Shown piece by piece: positions 53,142-64,000 of a DNA stretch of 64,000 bases (its first letter is position 1; every line of letters begins with the position of its first letter). The notes beneath the pieces are model-generated. The model ran no database searches. It saw only the letters and a list, made by a program, of their open reading frames with translations, and was not told the origin of the DNA. A program made the translations under genes and the position numbers. The stretch is from assembly GCA_051362555.1 (NCBI GenBank), contig CM120647.1, positions 15,786,651 through 15,850,650 on the forward strand, written 5' to 3'. This DNA is from Lingula anatina (lineage: Eukaryota > Animalia > Brachiopoda).

Positions 53142-54626
53142 TTTTGTTAACCAATCCAGATTTCTACACTAACAAAAGATCTCTTAAGTTACTGAAATAT
53201 ATTGCATATAACCTGGCATTCATTTTATCAGCATTAAGGACATTTTACATTGTTCTATATCTTTAGTAGTTCACATTAAGCATTCTGTTTTCAGAAGTGC
53301 TACAATGCAATCATTTAACAAGCCTGATGCCAAATGTATCAGTACATACATTGTATTACTAGCAATTTTGTTTTAGACGTGGAATCTGAACAAATTACCA
53401 TCTGTGTCCACTGGTCCTGGACAAAATCATATTTCTCCACAGATTTCAGCTGGCAGTCTGTGCTATTCCTGCCTCCAAGGACATATATAGACTGGGGTTG
53501 GGCTCGGCTTGCTATCCTTCCCAGCATGCCACTCTCATTCTTTATCTTCACCGCCTGAGCAACGATACTCTGGCATTTTGCACAATTTCGCACAAAATCA
53601 CATTGTAAAACAACATTCTCCAGATAGTTCAAGTCAAGCAAGGCAAGGCGGACGTAGGGTAAAATTTGACAAGCATTCTCTGCTCGAGCATATGGATCCC
53701 ACTCAATCCAACGAATTGTAGCGTCTGCCACGTCTTCTTCACACGTAACTTGTAACTGGTCACTTTTGAGTAAATTGAGCAGCTGTCCCTCGGGGAGTTG
53801 TAGAAACTCATCTGTGTGAGATAAATCTAGGAAATGCTGAGCTATGTAATTCCAGGAAATCGTGAGAAGATCTGAGCTTGAGTATGTGTCCGCAAGGTGG
53901 TAGATTCCTGGGAAAGTAAAAGAAATAATGACTCAATTTTTTTTCTTTTGGAAGTACTAGTAGGCAAGTCCATAACTTGAAACAGATATTTCATGTGAAG
54001 TGCTGTGTATGTTACAGTGTTCTTAAAAACATGACACGAGCGAAGTCGATCAAAGTCCAGAATGATAAACATGGTCCCTACTTAAAGCAAACTTGAAAAC
54101 CTTTTGTTAATTTCCTGGTTACTGGCCACTTTTTACTACTTTGGATCAAAAGATTCTTAAACATTTGCAGCCCAAAGCCTTGGGACAGAGAGTGTGCCTG
54201 ATACAACATAAGGGAAGACCACTCACCTAAACAGTTTGTAGCATCCAGCTGAGTCTGCAAAAAGTTACTACACACACTTCGCACACTGCCGATGTTCAGC
54301 ATGCTCGCAGCGTGCAACACAGCCTGCACATTATCAACTGTAATCTCAATCTTCCCAGTGTACATGAAATCCAGTAAAATCCTCATCGCAGCTGGGTCAA
54401 TGCCATGTATTTCCACCCGATTTTTCTCTGTCTCCAGCATACCATTTGTGAACATGGCACGTAAATACGGGCTGCTGCCAGCGAGGACAATTTTGTGTGC
54501 GTGAAACTCATGTTTTTCAATGAGTAGGACTATGTCACAGAGCTCGCATTTTTTGCGTAGTTCGTCCATGGTTTGGAAGGCATTCACCATGTGCAGGTGG
54601 ATCCCAAAAAGTCTTGAGTCAATCAT
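50640..54626 (-). CDS. Kelch-like protein (BTB-BACK-Kelch repeats), putative Cullin-3 substrate adaptor; coding exons 54626-54227, 53907-53399, 53047-52819, 52418-52278, 51627-51435, 50862-50640
   Basis: Kozak GCCACCATG; BTB motif LCDIVL..HKIVLAGSSPYLRAMFT; BACK motif NCLGI..A..EF..L..LLKSD.L; repeated GG..VE.Y.P...W Kelch motifs; all junctions GT-AG and in frame. Confidence 0.93.
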
Positions 54627-56889
54627 GGTGGCTGTTGAGTAGGAAGTTTGCAAATAATCTCAAATTGATGATTCACACCAGGATTTTCACCAGCTCATGG
54701 CTACCTAGAAGAAAGAAAGAAAAAAAATTAAAAGATTGGATAATTTGTTATTTCTGTTGGATATTTTTTCCAACTAACAAAAGATGTTTCAAAACACTTC
54801 ACTCAGATGAAATTAACATGAGACCTTTCTTCTTCCTTACAGTGTATCACTGTACAGCACGTAGTATGTCTTCTTTCCTATTGTGTAAGATCATACTAGT
54901 ATATACCACTTTTGTATTGCCTAAAATGGTTGCCCTACATTTCCCTATAAAAATTATATATGGGTATTTTAGCATGAAAACACTAATTAGTTAATAAGGT
55001 GACTCGCTGGAACAAACACAAACACTAATAAAAATTATAAATTTAAAAATGAATAAATAAATAGAAATTTTCTTAATTTTATTCATCTTCGGACTTCCTA
55101 TCTGCATCAACTCAAGCTGCTGACAGCGAAAGTTCAAAGCTCTAAAAATCATTCATTCACAAATTACAGCTGAGTCTGCCATAAACCCCTAACCCCTGAA
55201 GTCTCTTTTGTCAGAAAATGGTAATTTTAATAGATTTTTGTACATTAAAACATTTTATGTCTGGGACACAAATATCACTGCATGCCCTGTAGACTCTTCC
55301 TTCAATCAGCACTTCTTCATTTTCTTTGACAGTTGTTCTCAACAGCGAGTCTACAACGCTATTTTGAGGTAATCTATGACCACAGGGGGCACTACTAGTC
55401 TTTTTACAAAAAATGTTTTGAGCAGACCATTCCCCACAGGGCCCCACAAGGTGATTTTTGTATAGTATAATATAGTATTTTACAAGGGCAATTTTGAGGT
55501 TTCTGTCCTCTAAGTACTACAGAACCCCTCGCACAGGATCCCATCTAACTGTCAATCATATTCTATTAATATTCAATATACAGTACATGATGAAGACAAA
55601 GAGATTAAAAGTGCTGTCATGCAGGCAACCTTGTACACAGGTTTTTGCAAGTGAATATGAAAATATACAGTATGAATCACGGCCTATTCATAGGCACGAG
55701 TCCTGATACCAGCATGTTGTGATCAATTAGACCAACCTTCTCCATCAGCTTTCATGAAAATAGAATTGCCTGGGAAATATGTCTGTCGTGTTTGAAACAC
55801 ACTGGACTGAGTAATTACTGTAATTGAATGTATTAAACTATTAAACTTAGATTTGAGACTCCATTCAAAAAAATTAAAAATATATATAGGTAAATAATAA
55901 TAAAATTAATAAGCAATAAGTGTACTGCAATACTGTACTGTTCTGAGTCAATGTGCAAGAAAGAAGAAAAATTTAAAATATAGAATTCATTATATATTAT
56001 TTTAAAATTTCTGAAAAACTGGCACTTATATTCACTTTAAGAAATTTACTTGCACCCAAACAGTGTTCTGTTAGATGAAAACTGTATTCAAATTTTGAAT
56101 GCAGTTTGGTTTCAAGTCAGATAAAATAAGTATTCACCCCTGAAATATGATAAATTTTACAAAAGCAAGAATATTTTTTAAAACATAAGGGGTTTGAAAG
56201 TTGTGGGTAATTACCATAATAAAGGTGCCATTTCTTTGGGTTCATCACTGGGTGCCATGGCAACCGATGTGGGGGTAAAGGTGGGGGGGGGCAACTGACA
56301 AACAGCTTGTTGTTGACAGAGAAAACTCATAATATGTATGTTCATCATAAAGAAAGAGTTCAACTCAGGTGTATCTGTGTAATTTAGGTCAACCACACTC
56401 AGGTTAAATCCTATTTATACTGCATGGGGGTAATGCCAGTGCAAGTAACCTAACTTTAACACCATAACGAGCATGTACACGAGCACATAAATTTATACTT
56501 AATGTTGTGCTTTAGTGTAGCTCTTTAGTATGAAAGATCATGCATTTCCTATATTTAGCAAGTTATTTCAAAGAAAAACAATCTGTACTAGTTATTAAAC
56601 CCTTCCAAATATCACACAGAATTTATATATTCATGAGCAAATAAAGCGTATGCCTTACGTATCATTTCTGTGGCCTTTAAATGGGCCGCTGTTCATCATA
56701 TCACAAAACGCTGGAGGAATTCCAATTTATTCCCCATCAGATTTTGTGTTATTTCTTAACACCTGCTCTCTCTCTCTCTCTCTCTCTGTCAGCCATACAG
56801 GTTGAGATGCTGTGCATAATATCCCCCCCCCCCCCCCTCAATTTAAAGACTAAACTGAGTAAACTGAGTACTAGTACAATAATGATAGC

Positions 56890-56945
<56 letters not shown>

Positions 56946-57629
56946 TGTGTACAACCATGTACTATTATCTATCATCATCATCATTAGACCACAGGAATGG
57001 AAGGGTTTAACAATTAAGGTATCTTCCCAGAACAGTGCAATCCTGCATCATGTGTACTAAGGTATTTAAGTTAGAAATGAGAATATATGCACCTATGACA
57101 TATATATACTAGTACAGCATATTCCCTACAAAGGGTGTGATATGTTTTTAAATCAAAACAAGAATGAAGTGTTGATGAACCTTTATAGAATGATTTCTAA
57201 AAAGAAAAGTAAATGTAGTATGTGCCCTCCAATACCCCCCCTTCTACTCCCAACTCAAAAAACAAATCAAAGGAAAAAGCAAACATTAGAATTACGGAAT
57301 GAAAATTAATATATATGCAGATTGAACCCACCACAAAAACAATGACAATGACATTTTACAAAGTATACATGTAGAAGCTGATAGTCATGGACATCTAAAA
57401 AAAGTGAAAGCTACTAGTACTAGTACTATAGTAGCTCCCAGAAAGTATCAATTTTATAAACTGCACTTAAAAATAAGGTCAAAAAACAATCCCTTTGTCA
57501 GAGAAATTCCTGAAAATGAAAACACAAAAGTGTGCCCCTCGCCCCTCATTAACCTTTCCCTCCTTCGGTTTTCTAAATTAAATCACAGTCACCAACTACT
57601 AATTGTCATTCTTGATCAACATATGTTCC

Positions 57630-58130
57630 TTACCGTTCACCTGCTACTTTATGTCGGATTCACCTGAAAAATATGCGTCACACCTGTTCAAAAAACGATA
57701 TCCAAGTCTCCCATGCAATTCGACCAGTGTGCCCTTTACTGTTTATTCTTGTCCAACGAGACGGACGTCATCAGTGCGGGGTTAACTTTAGATCTTATCT
57801 AGAAGTGCCAGGGGATTTACGTCAATGAAAAAAGGCGAAGGGCCCAGGGGAGCTAAATTCAAAATAAAACAGCTACATTTGAGCTTAGATGAGAAAGGGC
57901 GATTTAGACACACCTGCAAACTGCAAAAATTAATATTAAATCTCACCTTTGTGTCCCGCTCCTTGGCCAAGTGTCTTTGTGTTGTTTATTCTACATATAA
58001 AAATGCTAATCGCGATATTTCCGCTTCTTTCCTTGCGTGAGCCTCATGGTAAATACTTCCGGTAGATGGCGGCTATAGTCAAGACAGGCCGTTCTCGTGT
58101 GTTCTCCATAAAATGGCGGTGAACTAAGTA
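57630..58130 (-). promoter_or_regulatory. Probable promoter and 5'-UTR exon region of the kelch gene
   Basis: CpG-richer stretch with CRE-like (GACGTCA, TTACGTCA), ETS-like (CTTCCGG) and YY1-like (ATGGCGG) motifs; - strand donors near 57633 and 57947. Confidence 0.4.
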
Positions 58131-59258
58131 GGTGAAGGTTATAATACTGGCAATCTTTGTAAGACCAGGTCCTTATCAGAAAAATAAAAGTGTGACAAGT
58201 AGAATATTTCATATCACTCCAAAATAATCATTATCAACATTGCTATAAGTATGATTTCAGGCTGTAGGCTACGAAAAATCAGCCCAAAAATGCCTGTAGC
58301 AGCTGCATGTACGACTACGGGTTATACCAGAACATAGGCCTATATGTACGTCTCGCCTGAAATAGCTGGCGATCTATCTGTGCCGTGCATGATGCTCATC
58401 AAAAAGCTGACTGAAGGAAAAGTGAGAGAATATTTATGGACTGGGAAAAAGGAAAAGGTTTATACCTTCAAATAACCAAAAGACATAATTTTTCAATTAT
58501 TTTATTAAAAATTATTTTATTTTATTTTATTATTTAATTTATTGGTATTTTATTTCATTTTAATCCTCTTATCTATTTTCTTGTTAATTCTTATTAAATT
58601 TTAATTTATTCCATTTACTTAATCACTTATTTATATATTTATTTATTTATCTATTCATTTATTTATTTATTGGAACTTTCTGTGTGAATGACAACTCCTG
58701 AGTTGACCGTAAATGGTGCAGTTAAAACTTTCCAATTTCTCATACCTATTGATAAAAAGAATATTACCCAAGTTTTACATTAAACCGTAGGGTAGACCGG
58801 GGCTAAACGCCCTTCCGCTTTTTTTCATGTATTAGGGCCTACGTATAAATACGCGTGTCGTGATGTTTTGTGCACTACCGATTTCCAGTAGACTAATCCT
58901 CCATGACGGAGATGACCACAAACTAAAAAGTACGATAGTATGATATTTTGTTCATTTTTGCCTTGTTTACAGTTATTTAGCCTTTTCTTTAACATCAGTG
59001 ACACCACCTACATGTACCAAATGCGCGAATTTAAAAAAACTTTGTTGGTGACAGATAGGATGATATTAGACCTCCATACAAGTCTCGATGAAGTCAGATT
59101 GTATAACACCTTTCCTGCCGAATTTTGAAAAAATATACAAAATCTCACTTTGGGGCAAAACGCCCATGCTGATAGGTCAAGTTTTGCAACATAAGGTCAT
59201 ATGTGTATATTTCATTCAAGATAACACCAAAATTTGCAACATTGCTGTCATCAAAACA

Positions 59259-61381
59259 CTAATATCTAGAGCGATCTTCACCAAGATTGCCAGTTCCAGA
59301 TTGCTCCACGTCGTCATTTGAACTTAGCACGAGGTCCGTGTACAGGGTTTCCTGCCAATGGCGCATTGGATGTTCGTAATCTACCGGGGTATAGAAATAC
59401 AGAATTAATATAAGTAAATGAGGGTGCTGAATTCAAGATCATGCAGCGCAGAAAATAGTTTTAGCGCAGTCTAACTCGCGTTACAAACTTTTAAAGGCTT
59501 CAAATTCATTCAAAGCTTGGGTAGTTATATACAAAGGTTTGACACATTTTCTTCATTGAATTAACCTACTAAACATACCAATATTTTCACTGCAGTGCTC
59601 CAGCCCTAGATTGGAGACTTCTCTTTCAGGAACACTACTTGAACTGTTAGCCTCCCGTTCTCGTCTTCGTCTTCTAAAATATGCATTCATAATGTGCGTT
59701 ACAACTGATAATGCCTGCCTCTACTGAAGCTTAAGTACTAGTATAATCCTACCGTTCTAACGTGCCAAACGTGTGAAACGTGGCCATATTCTTTAGTTAA
59801 TAGATGCACTTCCCTTATTCATCTTTTGTAAGTGCCCATTGGTCGGAAAAGTAATAGATGCAGGAACAACCCCTACGGCGGTCTAATAATGTTGCAAATT
59901 CACCACCTAAGTGACATTACCTCAGCAGTGTTATCACGATTGCCATAACCACCACCGCCGCCACAAATGTGGCGCCAACAACACCGCCGACGATCCCACC
60001 GATTTCTGGATCTAAAATGTTTACAAAAGTGAAAGTGACAATTTGTTTGATAAATATTTATTGTTGCTGTTTGGGTTTGGGAAGTTGACTAAATACCAAA
60101 TAATAACAATAATCAAAATCAGACAAAAAATGATGTTCTAGAAATTTTGTAGCTTGTGTTTTTCAGCCATCTAGGCCTACTCGTATAACAGTTGCTGGCA
60201 CATTTTTCTTTCAAGTTATGTTTCTTGTTACCATTTTACTTATGTTCGAAAAGCCACATACCTTTTGGTTCCGTCCACGTGACAAGCTGTGACGAATTCC
60301 CATAACCTGCCGACGTTTTGGCTTTCAAACTACACGTGTACTTAGTCCCCGATGTCAACTGTTTTAAGACGTAGCTTCTTGCATGCATACTGAGCTCTGC
60401 AGAGACACCTTTGCCATGAGTGTAACATTCAATCTGGATTGAATAACAGTTAAAATAAAAAAAAATGAGTCAAAATGTACAGAACTATGTCAAACGATCC
60501 ATATTTGTAGTGCGTTTTTTTTTATTATCATTTTTGACAAGCATCGAACAATTACCTTGTAGCCTGTTATTATTCCATTTCTGACACGTGGTGCTTTCCA
60601 TGAAAATTCTAGAGACGTTTGCGATCTGCTTGTAGCGGTGAAGTTAGAAGGTGGTCCTGGCTCTGTTCAAACAAAAAAGCACGTATTATACCATCATCAG
60701 AAGAACATTTTGCATAACTCTAAAACAATTTAAATCTGAAGTGAACATTATTTAATCAGTGTAACGTTTTTTCTTCTTTAAATGACTTAGGTACAGAGCT
60801 CAGCACTTCATGGTTCATACAAACTTCCTTCAACTGTTATTGTTTCAATGGTCTCACTGTACTCGCCGTAGCCGAGGTTGGTCTTTGCACGAATCTAAAT
60901 CAAAAAGGAGTAATTAAATTTGTCATTTAAGTGTGTGTCCGGCAAAGTAATTGAGACATTCGAAAAGAAAAACTCAAAGAAGATCAAAGCCACTTTCATA
61001 AAGTATTCACAATCAACGTTATCGTTATGGCTAGCATCAATTCAAGGACAACTGGATGTGATCTCAGTGTCATGTTTGATTTGCACAAAAATGAAAATTA
61101 ATCAAATAATATTATTTAGTCCTAACATGTCTTCGAAAAAGCCGAAGAGATACGGTGAAAACTAACCCTAAACCAGTGCGTCGTGTTGTATTGAAGGTCG
61201 CCTATAGACTTCCCCCTAGTGTCAGAGCTCACAATTAATACCTTCCAGTTAGTCACTTCCATCGTATAACCTATATCATATTCAGTTATGATTCCTCCTG
61301 GAGGCCATGGAGCTTCCCAGGTCAACTCTATGGAATCTTTACTCCGACTTACAACGGTAGGCGGTGCCATTTTTGGTGGGA
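59259..61381 (-). CDS. 3' part of a type-I membrane protein: at least 2 fibronectin type III domains, TM helix and a ~70-aa cytoplasmic tail; exons 61381-61167, 60894-60825, 60662-60556, 60433-60262, 60011-59921, 59673-59579, 59380-59259
   Basis: FN3 motifs (LTWEAP..GIITEY..Y; FSWKAP..NGIITGY; L..GTKY..AKTSAGYG); hydrophobic GGIVGGVVGATFVAAVVVMAIVITLL followed by RRRRR; GT-AG junctions in frame; upstream exons not found in the window. Confidence 0.85.
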
Positions 61382-61434
61382 CTGAACAAATACAGAACCA
61401 TTTGTTTGTATTTAAGCACGTCATTACTCATTAA

Positions 61435-64000
61435 AGGGTTTGCTTCATGCCGTCAGAATGGCCTGAACGGAACATATTCTTCAGAAAACATGCCCAACTA
61501 ACGATATCTTTATCCAAATACACAAATTAAAAGCTCATTTTGTAAATTTTTGGCTTTAAAAAACGTCCTATTTGCTCGGCCTGGGAGTTAATGAGCTACG
61601 TGGTCACGTGGTCCAATGACGACAATCGAGCCACTGGAGAACAGAGCGTGCTTAGCTGTCAAACTGAGCTGCATTGTCTACCTGTAAGATGACTTCTCTG
61701 GCTTCTGATAAAAGTTTATACTCATTCAAATCTCTTACCCGAGGGGTCTAAATCCTCGTGAAGCTGTGTAAAACCATTTCCCGTCTAGTCATTTCTTTAA
61801 CAAGCATTTCATTATGGTTATCCCAAGTTGTATAAAACACTGCATTTGAATGAGTTAAGGGAAATGTTGATTATTGCATATGAGGTCCATGTTATTTGTG
61901 AAATTCAATTTATTTTATTAAACCGCTGACACTCCGTCTTGCATACTTTTATTAAACTGAGGTAAACAATGCCCGTTACCTTTACAAGTCCTATCTTAAT
62001 CATCCATCTACCTGGAACTTCCTTTACCTCTTAATTAGAGGGTTAAATGGCATTCAATTTGTCTTGCTTGTATCGAACGCACTCTCTATCTAAGCTTTAC
62101 TCCAGTTATCTCAGGTAAAAATCTACCTGTGCGTTAGTTACAAAGCGCAGCTCCCGTAGACCTGGGGGTACTAGATAAAATCTGAACACCAGGTTTATCG
62201 AGGAGCTAGAGAAAGAAAGGAAGAATTTTTCCTGCACAACTTCATAGGGATTTTAACACGGACTTGATCCAGCTTAGACCTCCAAACTAACAGGGTGACA
62301 TGGGCAATTTTCACAAACAAATCATAAAACTATATTTCAATTAACCGCCTTTAAAATAAATATACCGTTCTGGGTAAATTAAAATAGTTATTAAATCGCA
62401 AGAATATTTTTGACTTAAATGATGATTTTATTATTAATGGAAATTAAGCTACTATATGAGGTACATTTGCTGTGATTACGCTGTCCTTCATGTTTTGCGT
62501 AAGTCTACATTTTGCTGTATGTGCTTGTAATCTTTTTAAATATGTGCGTACAATTTTTGCAGGTCTGGTTACCCCCCTGTTATGTGATGAGAGTATTAAT
62601 TTGGCAATTAGTTCCTTAGCTTATTTGAATAGAATTGCAGTGTAAAATTTTCAACAAGATGTTGGCGAAATAGCCCATTACTCTTTGTAGGTATTTCCCC
62701 CGTCAAAGTTTGTCTAAAATTATCTTTCAATCTTTACTCTTTCAAAGACAGTATAAAGTTACCTGACATATTTTCGTGTAAACTTAATGACAAGCCAAGT
62801 GTCTCCAGTTCATTCCGTACTCAATTTTACCCAACCAAATTTTTTTCTTGAGTAGATCTTTATAGCACGTTGTTATAAGCTTACAAATTTGCAAAAAAAA
62901 AAAAAAATTGCGTACTGACGCAGAATTTGCGTTTCAAGTTATAAAATAATCAATCTTTTAAATTATTTAATATTTCAGATGAAATAATCTTCAGAAACAA
63001 ATCCTCAAAGCATAAACGAATTAGGATAACGAACCATTTTATTATAGCAGTTCCCATTTTTTCTTTAATATAACGCTCTTTTTCCTGTTTTTCCTCAACA
63101 CGTTTTCTTCCACGGAAGCTTCAAGATACCCTGAGAGCAATTTCTTTTATTAATGTTCTCGACCGTGTTTGAACTTAAGTGCAAGTTTTTCTAACCACCA
63201 GGCAAATCAGCCAAAAAGCGGCAAGGTGGGGTTCTCACAGAATACACTCATTTTGCCCACAGTTAATCACCTTTGTGACCTTAATTTAACTGTAAAATAT
63301 TAAAGCTTTCCGTTGCGTTATTGTCGAGATACAGCCACATGAATATTTCACTGCCTCGCGTGGCTCCCGTCTCACTTTTCAGCTGTGTGAGTGGTGTATT
63401 TTTCACCGAAGTTTGCTTCACAAATGTGCATCAAGTGATCAACTCATTACTTCGGTCAATACCAAAATTGAAAGATGGATATATAATCTTTATAACGACA
63501 GAGATTTATATCATAAATCCGTTGCTATGGTTACAAACTACCGAGGTTATTTGAGGTCACTTGATGACTGCCGCAGATACCCACCTTGTCAATAGCCTTA
63601 TATCTCCACTAGTAGAGCACCTTAGATAAATTCACTGATATTTACTGAAAATATGGACAAGGGGCCTACCATAAATTAAAACACTGGCGTGGCCTTTTGC
63701 CTACAAATTTTGCAACAGCGACGCAAATTCTTCTATTTTCTGGCTACATTATCGTAAAGCATTTTTGCTTCCCACAGTTTCGATTTGCATTCAAGAATGT
63801 TTAAGTTAATTTCAACGTTAGTTAGGGACTAATTAACTGAAATAGTCTTCTGTAGTTTTTATTTATTGATTCCTGGATAATTAGTATATGCTAAGTTCAA
63901 ATACGGGGGTTAACATGCATTCGAAACTAAATTCGTGTAGGCGGCCATGACAGTTTCAAGTAGCAGTGGTGGAAGACGTGCGATGAATGCACTGCAGATT
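61435..64000. mobile_element. Possible Kolobok-like element or composite repeat in the FN3 gene intron (right end not seen)
   Basis: Starts TTAA|AGGG with GGTCACGTGG nearby, like the element at 16680; no matching TIR or recognisable ORF in the window. Confidence 0.25.

Noticed and set aside
50640-54626. Specific KLHL gene symbol
   Set aside because: The subfamily cannot be assigned confidently without a phylogeny.

Overview
AT-rich animal (probably marine invertebrate, likely lophotrochozoan) genomic DNA with spliceosomal introns; nearly all ORFs in the supplied track are exon fragments or noise. Bases 1-45,000 hold a head-to-tail tandem array of six paralogous + strand genes: A (3' end only), B, C, D, E (pseudogene) and F. 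Each intact copy has a non-coding leader exon and 9 coding exons that splice by hand into an open 386-413 aa secreted protein: signal peptide, 8-Cys chitin-binding-type-2-like domain, Pro/Thr linker, degenerate second Cys module, then a LamG/concanavalin-like domain. This is a Pif-like matrix-protein architecture without a vWA domain. The array shows signs of active diversification: a chimeric copy, a hypervariable loop, a co-varying Cys pair and a dead copy. Four copies also share a ~150-nt predicted 3'-UTR RNA structure with one covarying base pair and a tandem-GA (kink-turn-like) core. Downstream lie a duplicated repeat carrying tRNA-like heads (~45.9-48.2 kb), a complete BTB-BACK-Kelch gene (- strand) and the 3' part of an FN3/transmembrane receptor gene (- strand). 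Many non-autonomous transposons (Harbinger-, Kolobok-, Tc1- and Tx1-like) and one Penelope-type minimal hammerhead are interspersed. All gene models and pairings were read by eye; no database searches or folding programs were run.
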